64,000 bases of DNA, taken from assembly GCA_964016885.1 (NCBI GenBank), contig OZ024750.1:34100001-34164000 (forward strand), written 5' to 3'. The stretch is from Eledone cirrhosa. Lineage: Eukaryota. Every line of letters begins with the position of its first letter. Position 1 is the first letter of the stretch. A model generated the notes under the pieces. That model made no database searches. It was not told the origin of the DNA and worked only from the letters and a program-made list of their open reading frames with translations. The position numbers and the translations under genes are program-made. Below are positions 1 through 11,336 of the stretch, in pieces.

Positions 1-3000
1 GGACATCCAGTCCAGCCTGTAATGTGGTTGGTATTAGGAAGGACATCCAGTCCAGTCTGTCATGTGGTTGGTATTAGGGAGGACATCCAGTCCAGTCTGT
101 AATGTGGTCGGTATTAGGGAGGACATCCAGTCCAGTCTGTAATGTGGTTGGTATTAGGAAGGACATCCAGTCCAGTCTGTCATGTGGTTTGTATTAGGGA
201 GGACATCCAGTCCAGTCTGTAATGTGGTTGGTATTAGGAAGGACATCCAGTCCAGTCTGTCATGTGGTTGGTATTAGGAAGGACATCCAGTCCAGTCTGT
301 CATGTGGTTGGTATTAGGAAGGACATCCAGTCCAGTCTGTCATGTGGTTGGTATTAGGGAGGACATCCAGTCCAGTCTGTAATGTGGTTGGTATTAGGGA
401 GGACATCCAGTCCAGTCTGTAATGTGGTTGGTATTAGGGAGGACATCCAGTCCAGTCTGTCATGTGGTTGGTATTAGGGAGGACATCCAGTCCAGTCTGT
501 CATGTGGTTGGTATTAGGGAGGACATCCAGTGCAGTCTGTAATGTGGTTGGTATTAGGGAGGACATCCAGTTCAGTCTGTAATGTGGTTGGTATTAGGAA
601 GGACATCCAGTCCAGTCTGTAATGTGGTTGGTATTAGGATGGACATCCAGTCCAGTCTGTCATGTGGTTGGTATTAGGGAGGACATCCAGTCCAGCCTGT
701 AATGTGGTTGGTATTAGGGAGGACATCCAGTCCAGTCTGTCATGTGGTTGGTATTAGGGAGGACATCCAGTCCAGCCTGTAATGTGGTTGGTATTAGGGA
801 GGACATCCAGTCCAGTCTGTCATGTGGTTGGTATTAGGGAGGACATCCAGTCCAGCCTGTAATGTGGTTGGTATTAGGGAGGACATCCAGTTCAGTCTGT
901 AATGTGGTTGGTATTAGGAAGGACATCCAGTCCAGTCTGTAATGTGGTTGGTATTAGGAAGGACATCCAGTCCAGTCTGTAGTGTGGTTGGTATTAGGAA
1001 GGACATCCAGTCCAGTCTGTAATGTGGTTGGTATTAGGGAGGACATCCAGTCCAGTCTGTCATGTGGTTGGTATTAGGGAGGACATCCAGTTCAGTCTGT
1101 CATGTGGTTGGTATTAGGGAGGACATCCAGTCCAGCCTGTAATGTGGTTGGTATTAGGAAGGACATCCAGTCCAGTCTGTCATGTGGTTGGTATTAGGGA
1201 GGACATCCAGTCCAGTCTGTAACGTGGTTGGTATTAGGGAGGACATCCAGTCCAGTCTGTAATGTGGTTGGTATTAGGAAGGACATCCAGTCCAGTCTGT
1301 CATGTGGTTGGTATTAGGGAGGACATCCAGTCCAGTCTGTAATGTGGTTGGTATTAGGAAGGACATCCAGTCCAGTCTGTCATGTGGTTGGTATTAGGAA
1401 GGACATCCAGCCCAGTCTGTCATGTGGTTGGTATTAGGAAGGACATCCAGTCCAGTCTGTCATGTGGTTGGTATTAGGGAGGACATCCAGTCCAGTCTGT
1501 AATGTGGTTGGTATTAGGGAGGACATCCAGTCCAGTCTGTAATGTGGTTGGTATTAGGGAGGACATCCAGTCCAGTCTGTCATGTGGTTGGTATTAGGGA
1601 GGACATCCAGTCCAGTCTGTCATGTGGTTGGTATTAGGGAGGACATCCAGTCCAGTCTGTCATGTGGTTGGTATTAGGGAGGACATCCAGTCCAGTCTGT
1701 CATGTGGTTGGTATTAGGGAGGACATCCAGTCCAGTCTGTCATGTGGTTGTTATTAGGGAGGACATACAGTCCAGTCTGTAATGTGGTTGGTATTAGGGA
1801 GGACATCCAGTCCAGCCTGTCATGTGGTTGGTATTAGGGAGGACATCCAGTCCAGTCTGTCATGTGGTTGGTATTAGGGAGGACATCCAGTCCAGTCTGT
1901 AATGTAATTGGTATTAGGAAGGACATCCAGTCCAGCCTGTCATGTGGTTGGTATTAGGAAGGACATCCAGTCCAGCCTGTCATGTGGTTGGTATTAGGGA
2001 GGACATCCAGTCCAGTCTGTAATGTAATTGGTATTAGGAAGGACATCCAGTCCAGCCTGTCATGTGGTTGGTGTTAGGGAGGACATCCAGTCCAGTCTGT
2101 CATGTGGTTGGTATTAGGAAGGACATCCAGTCCAGTCTGTAGTGTGGTTGGTATTAGGAAGGACATCCAGTCCAGTCTGTAATGTGGTTGGTATTAGGGA
2201 GGACATCCAGTCCAGTCTGTCATGTGGTTGGTATTAGGGAGGACATCCAGTTCAGTCTGTCATGTGGTTGGTATGAGGGAGGACATCCAGTCCAGCCTGT
2301 AATGTGGTTGGTATTAGGAAGGACATCCAGTCCAGTCTGTCATGTGGTTGGTATTAGGGAGGACATCCAGTCCAGTCTGTAATGTGGTCGGTATTAGGGA
2401 GGACATCCAGTCCAGTCTGTAATGTGGTTGGTATTAGGAAGGACATCCAGTCCAGTCTGTCATGTGGTTTGTATTAGGGAGGACATCCAGTCCAGTCTGT
2501 AATGTGGTTGGTATTAGGAAGGACATCCAGTCCAGTCTGTCATGTGGTTGGTATTAGGAAGGACATCCAGTCCAGTCTGTCATGTGGTTGGTATTAGGAA
2601 GGACATCCAGTCCAGTCTGTCATGTGGTTGGTATTAGGGAGGACATCCAGTCCAGTCTGTAATGTGGTTGGTATTAGGGAGGACATCCAGTCCAGTCTGT
2701 AATGTGGTTGGTATTAGGGAGGACATCCAGTCCAGTCTGTCATGTGGTTGGTATTAGGGAGGACATCCAGTCCAGTCTGTCATGTGGTTGGTATTAGGGA
2801 GGACATCCAGTCCAGTCTGTCATGTGGTTGGTATTAGGGAGGACATCCAGTCCAGTCTGTCATGTGGTTGTTATTAGGGAGGACATACAGTCCAGTCTGT
2901 AATGTGGTTGGTATTAGGGAGGACATGCAGTCCAGCCTGTCATGTGGTTGGTATTAGGGAGGACATCCAGTCCAGTCTGTCATGTGGTTGGTATTAGGGA

Positions 3001-3800
3001 GGACATCCAGTCCAGTCTGTAATGTAATTGGTATTAGGAAGGACATCCAGTCCAGCCTGTCATGTGGTTGGTATTAGGAAGGACATCCAGTCCAGCCTGT
3101 CATGTGGTTGGTATTAGGGAGGACATCCAGTCCAGTCTGTAATGTAATTGGTATTAGGAAGGACATCCAGTCCAGCCTGTCATGTGGTTGGTGTTAGGGA
3201 GGACATCCAGTCCAGTCTGTCATGTGGTTGGTATTAGGGAGGACATCCAGTCCAGCCTGTAATGTGGTTGGTATTAGGGTAGGACATCCAGTCCAGTCTG
3301 TCATGTGGTTGGTATTAGGGGAGGACATCCAGTCCTGTCTGTAATGTGGTTGGTATTAGGGAGGACATCCAGTCCAGTCTGTAATGTGGTTGGTATTAGG
3401 AAGGACATCCAGTCCAGCCTGTAATGTGGTTGGTATTAGGGAGGACATCCAGTCCAGTCTGTAATGTGGTTGGTATTAGGGAGGACATCCAGTCCAGCCT
3501 GTAATGTGGTTGGTATTAGGGAGGACATCCAGTCCAGTCTGTAATGTGGTTGGTATTAGGGAGGACATCCAGTCCAGCCTGTAATGTGGTTGGTATTAGG
3601 GAGGACATCCAGTCCAGCCTGTAATGTGGTTGGTATTAGGGAGGACATCCAGTCCAGTCTGTAATGTAATTGGTATTAGGAAGGACATCCAGTCCAGCCT
3701 GTCATGTGGTTGGTATTAGGGAGGACATCCAGTCCAGTCTGTCATGTGGTTGGTATTAGGGAGGACATCCAGTCCAGCCTGTAATGTGGTTGGTATTAGG
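1..3800 (+). repeat. 40-bp tandem minisatellite, ~95 units, open at the window start; consensus GGACATCCAGTCCAG(T/C)CTGT(A/C)ATGTGGTTGGTATTAGG(G/A)A
   Basis: Directly visible 40-bp periodicity with three main polymorphic positions. The array ends at ~3800, running into AACAACATCCAACCATAGAAACC. Confidence 0.98.
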
Positions 3801-3950
3801 AACAACATCCAACCATAGAAACCATACCAAAAGTTTGGAACAAATGAGTGTAATGTGGTCCTCCAACATGTCTATGATGGCAGTAACTCTGAAAAGAACT
3901 GACTCAGTTTATAACCACCCCTACAACCCATATCAACATGGAAAACATAC
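3801..3950 (+). mobile_element. Degenerate 3' half of a family-C SINE, continuous with the last 40-bp unit
   Basis: TTAGGAACAACATCCAACCATAGAAACC...CAACCCATATCAACATGGAAAA resembles TTAGGAAGGGCATCCAGCTGTAGAAATC...TAACCCATGCTAGCGTGGAAGAA at 23784-23910. Confidence 0.6.
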
Positions 3951-4019
3951 ATCAATTGTTAGGGTCAGACGATTGGGGAACAGTTAGAATATCATAAACG
4001 ATTTATCCAATTTTCATCC

Positions 4020-4220
4020 AATATTCTAACAATTCTCTCAATTGACCAGTCTATGTAGAGACTATAGAATATTCTAACAATTCTCTCAATTGACCAGTCT
4101 ATGTAGAGACTATGGAATATTCTAACAATTCTGTCAATTGACTGGTCTATGTAGACTATGGAATATTCTAACAATTCTCTCAATTGACCAGTCTATGTAG
4201 AGACTATAGAATATTCTAAC
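4020..4220. repeat. 48-bp tandem repeat, ~4 copies (AATATTCTAACAATTCTCTCAATTGACCAGTCTATGTAGAGACTATAG)
   Basis: Visible direct repeats. Confidence 0.92.
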
Positions 4221-4394
4221 ATTTTTATATTGAAACAATTCACTATTTCTTTTCTCTGGATGACTTTCTTTGTACAAGAAATGATTTAAGTAATAGTATA
4301 TTTAAGTAATATTTGGGGATGGTCATTTTACCAAAATACATGCACACTATTTGATTTTCACTTCAGCTTTATTATTATTATTATTAGTTGTTGG

Positions 4395-4500
4395 TTATTT
4401 TGTCAAAGCTTTTGTCACCCATTCTGTGACCTCCTCAATGTCTATTTGTTCTATGTGTCTCCTCTTCTTTCTGGTCTTATTCTGATTACTCCATCTTGTC
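4395..4500 (-). mobile_element. Diverged relative of the Penelope-like terminal element at 13746-14257
   Basis: TGTCAAAGCTTTTGTCACCCATTCTGTGACCTCCTCAATG aligns with TGTCAAAGTTCTTTCGTCACACATTCTGTGACCTCTTCAGTG at 13886-13927. The hammerhead core is mutated in this copy. Confidence 0.55.
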
Positions 4501-4539
4501 TTTTTCTGTGATACAATTTCTTGTCTGCACTTACATTTG

Positions 4540-4672
<133 letters not shown>

Positions 4673-4756
4673 ATATTGCAGTTTGTATCTCTTACTTTTT
4701 ATTTCCTCATGTCATACTCTATCTTTTAAGTTGATAAAAGTTTATTCTATTAACAT

Positions 4757-4900
4757 TAAGTAATAGAATATTTAAGATTATAATAGGTTAAATAATAGAA
4801 TATTTAAGGTTATAATGGTTTAAATAATAGAATATTAAAGGTTATAATAGGTTAAGTAATAGAATATTTAAGGTTTTAATGGTTTAAGTAATTGTGTATT
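4757..4900. repeat. Degenerate ~32-bp AT-rich tandem repeat (TAAGTAATAGAATATTTAAGGTTATAATAGGT), ~4 copies
   Basis: Visible imperfect repeats. Confidence 0.7.
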
Positions 4901-5529
4901 TAAATTGATAATGTGAGTAACAGTATATTTAAGAATATAGTGGTTAGAGTAATGATATCTTTAAGTTGAAGTTACAACTGATTCTGTTGGGGACAATGGA
5001 TTATTTTTCATATTATTAAATGAGTATTAGACTTGGATACGACATGAGGGTGAAATATTGGCAATAAATTCTGAAGTTGTGCCACAACTGGAAAGAAAAG
5101 AATTGGTTGTGGTCTATTGGATTGCTGTGTGAATTTATGAGACATTGAGTGGGAGTGAGCTGAGAAAAGAATGAAAAATCAATGGTATTGGCCATGTTGG
5201 AATGGTGAGTGAACTAGGAAGAATATATATAATGGAAATATATGATGGATAAAAAAAAAATGGTTTTGTGTTTTGCTGTAGAGGATGGAAGATTTAAAGT
5301 GTTTGGAGAGATCGACATAGAAATTTCTGTATTCTTGGTTGAATTTAAGCATTCAAGGGTGGCATTTGTTTTTCTGGATGTGAAGAATTTCATGTCGACA
5401 GATGCATTGTAGCTTTCATTCATTGACCGGAGTTAAAACTGGAACTGAATAAAAACTGTTGTTTGAGGACAACAGCTGTACATCATATATTACTTTCTGG
5501 AAGCTAGGTGGACATAGCCAGAAATATTT

Positions 5530-5633
5530 TTAACCCTTTAGCATTTGCATTACTCTGTATTTACTATTATATTTTCACAGTAAACGCTTTATCTCACATA
5601 ATATCAAATCTATGAGATTTTGATATTATTTAT
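5530..5633 (+). mobile_element. Partial piggyBac-type MITE (one end only)
   Basis: TTAACCCTTTAGCATTTGCATTACTCT terminus plus internal sequence shared with the complete copies at 23967, 24585, 33225 and 57261. Confidence 0.7.
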
Positions 5634-5784
5634 GGTAGGGGGGAGGTAGTTTTAGAATATTGCTGTGACATGTGTATCAAGGACTACATTGTTTGATGTG
5701 CTCTTCAAGATGGTAGGAGGGAGGTAGTTTTAGAATATTTGATTACTACATTTGTTCCTTTATTGTGAAATGTTTTTCTTCCTT

Positions 5785-6082
5785 TATTTCACTTCCTATA
5801 TTTCACTTCCTATATTTCACTTCCTATATTTCACCCCCTATATTTCACCCCCTATATTTCACCCCCTATATTTCACGCTCTATATTTCACTCCCTATATT
5901 TCACTCCCTATATTTCACCCCCTATATTTCACTCCCTATATTTCACCCCCTATATTTCACTCCCTATATTTCACCCCTATATTTCACCCCCGATATTTCA
6001 CTCCCTATATTTCACTCCCTATATTTCACTCCCTATATTTCACTCCCCTATATTTCACTCCCCTATATTTCACTCCCTATAT
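5785..6082. repeat. 14-bp minisatellite (TCCCTATATTTCAC), ~21 copies
   Basis: Visible periodicity. It explains the 14-aa periodic ORFs 5752-6157. Confidence 0.95.
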
Positions 6083-6399
6083 TTTGTCTTACTTTATTTC
6101 ACTCTCCATATTCCTAAGACCACACCTTGCTGGGTTATATGGAGCTCAAAATCCTAAACATTTTAGTTGAATTACTAAAATGTCTAAATAGCTTTGTGGT
6201 TAAAACTGGAAATAAACAAATCCTATGATTTATTAAGACATTTAAATCATTTGAAATATTAAAGGTTGGAAGCCAAACACAATCACTGGCTGCTGACCAC
6301 GTTTTTCTCTCCCTAAGCATATTTTACCCAATTTTCTAAAGCTATTTTCATTTATAGTGATTCTGTGTTTGGATTCCATAATTTCAAACTATGTCTTTT

Positions 6400-6730
6400 A
6401 AATATATTTTATGTTGTATTTTTTGCAATAAATATATTTTATGTTGTATTTTTTGCTCAGAAATATATTATATGAGCACAACACAACCACCTGACTTGAC
6501 TTGCTTCTAATGGGACAACTTGTCTAACCCATGCTAACGTGGAAAATAGACGTTAAACAAATGTTGAAGGTGCTGATGATGATATCTTTTGCTCAGAAAT
6601 ATATTTTATATTGTTCTATATGAGAGACACAGTCAACTGACCTGACTCTAATGGGACAACCTGTCTAACCCATGCTAATGTGGGAAATGGACGTTAAACA
6701 ATGATGATGATAATTGTATCTTTTGCTCAA
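6400..6730 (+). repeat. Local tandem duplication containing two family-C SINE/RTE 3' tails
   Basis: ATGGGACAAC(T/C)TGTCTAACCCATGCTAA..GG..AA..GACGTTAAACA..GATGATGAT..ATCTTTTGCTCA occurs twice (~6510 and ~6650). Confidence 0.7.
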
Positions 6731-6964
6731 ATATATTAGTAAATTTATGTAACCCAAAGAATTGAATTGAATTTTTTCAATAATAAATTTGAATTTTGGT
6801 GATTTTTAAAAAACACTATTATTATTTATGTTCACAGAATTGGATTTAAGTAAAATGTAGTAAATGAAATTTTATTTGAAAGAGTGTTATGTTGGCATAA
6901 AACATACATATCAGTTTGACATTTTAAAAAGATTATGTAACTGCTGGCTAAGAACTGTAAAAAC

Positions 6965-7060
6965 ACATGGCTTAGGGGTTAAAGAATTGGATTCACACTC
7001 ATGAGTTTGTTAGTTTGATTCCCAGACCAGGAACTGCGTTATGTTGTTTGAGCAAGACCA
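6965..7060 (+). mobile_element. Degenerate tRNA-derived head of a family-C (CORE-type) SINE
   Basis: ACATGGCTTAGGGGTTA...TTTGAGCAAGAC matches the head at 23510-23590. Confidence 0.6.
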
Positions 7061-7194
7061 GTAGAGTATCAGCAATGGAAAGACCATTGAGGTTTGGGAT
7101 CTTGTTGATCATTAAAAAAAAAAAAAAAAAAGGAACTGTACAATGTGACAATGCCCCAGCATGGCCTCAGCCTCTCGGCTGGAGCACACAACTG

Positions 7195-7515
7195 TCATAG
7201 TTGTAGGGATGCCATAGTGACATTACAGTGTTTCTTGGGCATTAAAACATGGCAGAGCCATCCCTTGTCTCTCCGGGTCTGAACAGGACTGAATTCTTTC
7301 CAAAGAAAGAAAGAAAGAAAGTGATAGAGGAAGTGAGAAAGAGATATAGAGGAAGAATCAACCCCAGTACTAGACTGGTACTTTTTTTTTATTGACTTCA
7401 AAAGGATGAAAGGCGAAGTTGACCTTGGCAGGATATGAACTCAGAGTGCGGAAAACAAGAATGAATGCCGCAAAGTATTTTATCCGATGTTCTAACGACT
7501 CTGACAATTCCCTGC
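7195..7515 (-). mobile_element. Family-A SINE, older variant with an alternative long 3' tail
   Basis: Reverse complement of GAGTTCA..AACTT.GCCTTTCATCCTTT..AAGTACCAGTC.AGTACTGGGGTTGATTCTTCCTCTAT..TTCAGACC.GGAGAG. The same tail occurs at 30800-30940 and 32180-32360. Confidence 0.7.
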
Positions 7516-7577
7516 TTTACAATGTGCTTATACTAATGACTAAAAAATCTGTTGCCATGTGGTAAAAATTTTTTTTG

Positions 7578-7790
7578 TCTAAGAAGATAAAGCTTGTGTT
7601 TCTCTGCCATAATTTAAATAAAGGATTTATTCTATATTCTAAGATAAAGCCTGTCTTCCTCTGCCATAATTTAAATAAAGGACTAATTCTAAGATAAAGC
7701 CTGTCTTCCTCTGCCATAATTTAAATAAAGGACTAATTCTAAGATAAAGCCTGTCTTTCTCTGCCATAATTTAAATAAAAGACCAATTCT
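7578..7790. repeat. 50-bp tandem repeat, ~4 copies (TCTAAGATAAAGCCTGTCTTCCTCTGCCATAATTTAAATAAAGGACTAAT)
   Basis: AAGATAAAGC recurs at 7641, 7691 and 7741. Confidence 0.92.
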
Positions 7791-8020
7791 TTAGTTTATG
7801 AAGGATCCTCCTATGATATCTTTTGTTTAACAATATTGTATTTCTTTGATGCATTTTGTTATCAGGATAAAGAAATATATTTTGAAGAATAGAATGATAC
7901 AATAGTTATTAACATTTACAAAAGATGGTGTATCTGTTTCATGAAATAAAAATAACTTCCTCGTGGTGTGGAAGGAACTAAATTAAGTTTCAATTTATAT
8001 TTGTAGCTAATTTACTTCCC

Positions 8021-8205
8021 TTAACCGGCCGTATCCATCTAGAATTCTCTTACCTCTTTCTATTTAAACCGGCTGTAACTGGCCACTCACACTGATGTCA
8101 AGGTATTGTTCTCAAAATAAATATCAAAATTTCATAGATTCGATATTATGTGAGATAATTATGTAAGATAAAGCCTTTACCGTGAAAATACAATATGTTA
8201 AATGT
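8021..8205 (-). mobile_element. piggyBac-type MITE, internal portion with degraded termini
   Basis: Aligns with the interior of 23967-24194 and 33225-33453. Confidence 0.7.
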
Positions 8206-8614
8206 TTAAATTATACACTATATACACAGTATACAGTTCTTCCCCGGTAACCGCGAATAATGGACGTGGTCTACAAATATGCCTATGAATGTCAAAATAT
8301 AACGTAAAATATAATGAAAAATGAGGAAGCGTCTTATGTGAAGAGACATCCAATAGGCTGGCAAATACAGTATACCGTTATAATTTAGTGTTAAAAAAAT
8401 ATATATATTGCCATGAAAAAAGCCATAAAAAATCATGGAAGATATTTACAATTCCACGAATGTGTGGTGGTTTCCATGAACATTAATTAGGTTCTAAGGA
8501 AAATTCAGCGAATAACTAGGACTGCAAATGCTGGGACCCCGAATGTGTATACAATACATATAGTGTTGTCCAAGGTTAAGGCAAAGGCCGATGCATCTTG
8601 GCACCAATGACATC

Positions 8615-8760
8615 ACAACTCATTTCTACAGTTGAGTGAACTGGAGCAAAATGAAATAGTCTCAGGGACACAACACAACACTGCTTGGTCCAGGAATCGA
8701 ACTCACAACCTCATAATTGTCAGCCTAATGCTTTAACCACTGAACCATGTATCTTCACAT
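8615..8760 (-). mobile_element. Family-C SINE head plus CORE-like domain
   Basis: CTCATTTCTACAGTTGAGTGAACTGGAGCAA...GAATCGAACTCACAACC...TAACCACTGAACCATGT is the reverse complement of the 23503-23630 region. Confidence 0.75.
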
Positions 8761-8776
8761 GTGGTAGATAATTAGA

Positions 8777-8987
8777 TAATGGTTTCTACTATAGGCACAA
8801 GGCCAGCAATTTTGGGTAGAGAGGAAAGTGGATTAAATCAACCCAAGTACGTGACTGGTACTTATTTTATCGGACCTGTAAGGATGAAAGGCAAAACTAA
8901 CCTCGACAGAATTTGAACTCAGAACGTAGAAAGTCATAATTAAACAAAGCATGTTGCCCAATGCTCTACTGATTCTACCTATCCACT
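8777..8987 (-). mobile_element. Family-A tRNA-derived SINE (diverged)
   Basis: Reverse complement of the B box GAGTTCAAAT, the central GCCTTTCATCCTTAC and the tail TGCTGGCCTTGTGCCTA.AGTAGAAAC. Confidence 0.85.
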
Positions 8988-9252
8988 GGGTAGATAATAA
9001 TAGAATAAGTATTGACATAGTTTTTCCGTTGTAAAATCAGTGTGTTGTATCAAGAGAAATATCTCTAAATAATTGGCTATTTAACAATAACTCCCTTTTA
9101 CGTTAAGTATCTATATCCCTTTCCACAATAGAAAAAAAAATGTCTACACCACCTAGATAGTCCATTTTATTTAAATTACTCCAAATTATTAGGCCCTCCC
9201 TCTAGTCTCTTAATCTTCCCTCCAACTAATATTACCTCTACTTTTTCCTACC

Positions 9253-9512
9253 ATTTTCACGCTTAGAGTTGCTGAAGCATGGAACAAACTGCCTGCGTCA
9301 GTTGTTAGCTGCCGAGACACTGCATCCTTTAAAACCCTCATGCTTCCCGAAATTCGCCAAAACTACACCTGATGTCCCCCTTCCATACACATGCACACAT
9401 GTGTATATTATGACTCATGCACTGTTCATTTTCCTGACGTTTGTAAATTACCCTATCTACTATACATACACTTTTGATGAGTTGTAGTGCACCTGAGCAC
9501 TGTACACAATAT
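9253..9512 (+). mobile_element. 3' end of a CR1-clade LINE (ORF2 C-terminus plus 3' UTR), 5'-truncated
   Basis: Frame 9256-9372 reads FTLRVAEAWNKLPASVVSCRDTASFKTLMLPEIRQNYT*, matching the CR1 ORF2 terminal motif F..RV...WN.LP..VV......FK. Confidence 0.8.
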
Positions 9513-9517
9513 TTTCG

Positions 9518-9700
9518 ATTGGCAGTATCGGTGGAGGGACGGATCTGCCATGCTTTCCAGCATAGTTACGTCCCTTTACGATCTGAGTTCAAATCCCGCC
9601 GAGGTTGACTTTGCCTTTCATCCTTACGGGGTCGATAAAATAAAGTACCAGTAATGCACTGGTGAATTGCTGGCCTTGTGCCTAAAGTAGAAACAATTAT
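9518..9700 (+). mobile_element. Family-A tRNA-derived SINE
   Basis: Pol III A box TGGCAGTATCGG, B box GAGTTCAAATCC, body GCCTTTCATCCTTACGGGGTCGATAAAATAAAGTACCAG and an (ATT)n tail. Confidence 0.9.
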
Positions 9701-9785
9701 TTCATTATTATCATTATTATTTCCAATTCAAGAACCACAGCTATGTAGTCATTATTTTATTTTAAACAGGGGGTGGATATAAATA

Positions 9786-9980
9786 GGGCGGAGGATTGGC
9801 ATTATCGTTAGAGGGTAGGACGCCATGCTTTGACACATAGAGTTACGGTCCTTGCCATTCTGAGTTCAAATCCCGCCGAGGTTAACTTTGCCTTTCATCC
9901 TTGCGGGGTCAATAAAATAAAGTACCAGTAATGCACTAGGTAATTGCTGGCCTTGTGCCAAAAGTAGAAACAATTATTTT
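9786..9980 (+). mobile_element. Family-A tRNA-derived SINE
   Basis: Full head, body and tail, flanked by the direct repeat ATTATTTTATTTTAAACA (9751-9768, 9973-9990). Confidence 0.9.
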
Positions 9981-10014
9981 ATTTTAAACATTTTCCATAA
10001 TTATTCATAAATTA

Positions 10015-10320
10015 GCTGTGTTGGTGCCATGAATAAAAACTCTGTCAACCCTGTAAGGTGGTAATGCTGTTGTCACAAAAAAACAAAGCACCCAGTCCCC
10101 ACTGTAAAGCATCCAGTTCACCATGTAAGGTGGTAGTGCTGGTGTCACAAAAAGCACCCAGTCCACTCTGTAAGGTGGTACTGCTGGTATCACAAAAAAG
10201 CACCCAATCCACCCTGTAGGGTGGCAGTGCTGGTGCCACAATTAAAAACACTTGGGCCACTCTGTAAGGTGGAAGTGTTGGTGCCATGATAAATGCACCC
10301 AGTCTACTCTAAGTGGTATT
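10015..10320 (+). repeat. Degenerate ~43-bp tandem repeat (~7 units) derived from an internal segment of SINE family C
   Basis: Units GTGCTGGTG(C/T)CACAAAAAGCACCCAGTCCACTCTGTAAGGTGGTA resemble GGTGCCACGGTAAAAAAGCACCCAGCCCACACTGTAAA at 22695-22732. Confidence 0.8.
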
Positions 10321-10920
10321 TGAGAAGTATGCAGTTCAATTTTTCTTAGCAGCCGCTGGTCACTTTTTTTTCCATCTATTCTGGCTTTTTTTTTATCTGA
10401 TTGTTTAGGCTATTATTGATAACAATTGACTGTGTTTACAGTTATTTTCTGTGCTTGAGATTTCTAGATTTTCAGTTGTTTGGTCCGGAGCAGATTTGTA
10501 TAATGCTCCCACATCACACCAATTTTGCAATTTTGACTATTTCGGTGTGCTCTGAATTACCAACCTCAGAAATGCAGGTTCCGTGAAATCATTGAGTGGG
10601 AAATTTCGATGGGCTAGCACAAACTCAATTTGTCTAGTTCATTATACTTATATACTTATATTAGACATTATATACACTAATTTGAGACAGAGAAGAAAAA
10701 ACAAGCGAACTTATGGGATCCAAATGACAAGTTTTCATCTCATCTTATTCAGCATGTTACTCTTTTCTCTTTCAAAATCTGTTGCTGTGTTTAAATCTGG
10801 CTGTTGTTGTTGTTTAAGCCCAAGGTCAGTACTGTGTCAATATGTACATATGTAAGGAAGAATTCTTATATTTTACAATATAAGTAAATCTATTCCACAT
10901 GTCACCACTGTAAATGAAAC

Positions 10921-11336
10921 TTAACCCTTAACTTAATGTTTACTATTGTATTTTCATGGTAAAGACTTTAACTTACATAATTTTCTCACATAATATCGAG
11001 CCTGAGATTTTGATATTATTTATTATGAGAGGGCAGTGGATTGGCAGTATCGGTAGAGGGTTGGACGCCATGCTTTGCAGCACAGTTATGTCCCTTTACG
11101 GACTGAGTTCAAATCCCGCCAAGGTTAACTTTGCCTTTCATCCTTACGGGGTCGATAAAATAAAGTACCAGTAATACACTGGGATAATTGCTGGCCTTGT
11201 GCCAAAAGTAGAAACAATTATTTATTATGAGAACAATACCTTAACATCACTATGAGTAGCCATATACAGCCGGTTTGAACAGAAAGGTGAGAGAATTCTG
11301 GCCGGATATGGCCCGGTTTAAATGCTAAAGGGTTAA
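10921..11336 (+). mobile_element. piggyBac-type MITE with a nested family-A SINE
   Basis: TTAACCCTT...GCTAAAGGGTTAA termini; interior shared with the other copies. Confidence 0.85.
11031..11220 (+). mobile_element. Family-A SINE inserted in the MITE, with a 16-bp target-site duplication
   Basis: ATTATTTATTATGAGA at 11015-11030 and 11217-11232. Confidence 0.92.

Noticed and set aside
1-3800. CRISPR array interpretation of the 40-bp (or 30-bp) repeats
   Set aside because: Units are contiguous with no unique spacers, there are no cas genes, and the context is eukaryotic.
4980-5520. Less AT-rich stretch that might be an exon or an old LINE fragment
   Set aside because: No recognisable motif in the frames I translated and no convincing splice pair. 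It would need BLASTX.
9518-9610. tRNA genes at the A/B-box motifs
   Set aside because: The boxes belong to multi-copy SINE heads followed by SINE body and tail, and I could not fold a complete cloverleaf.
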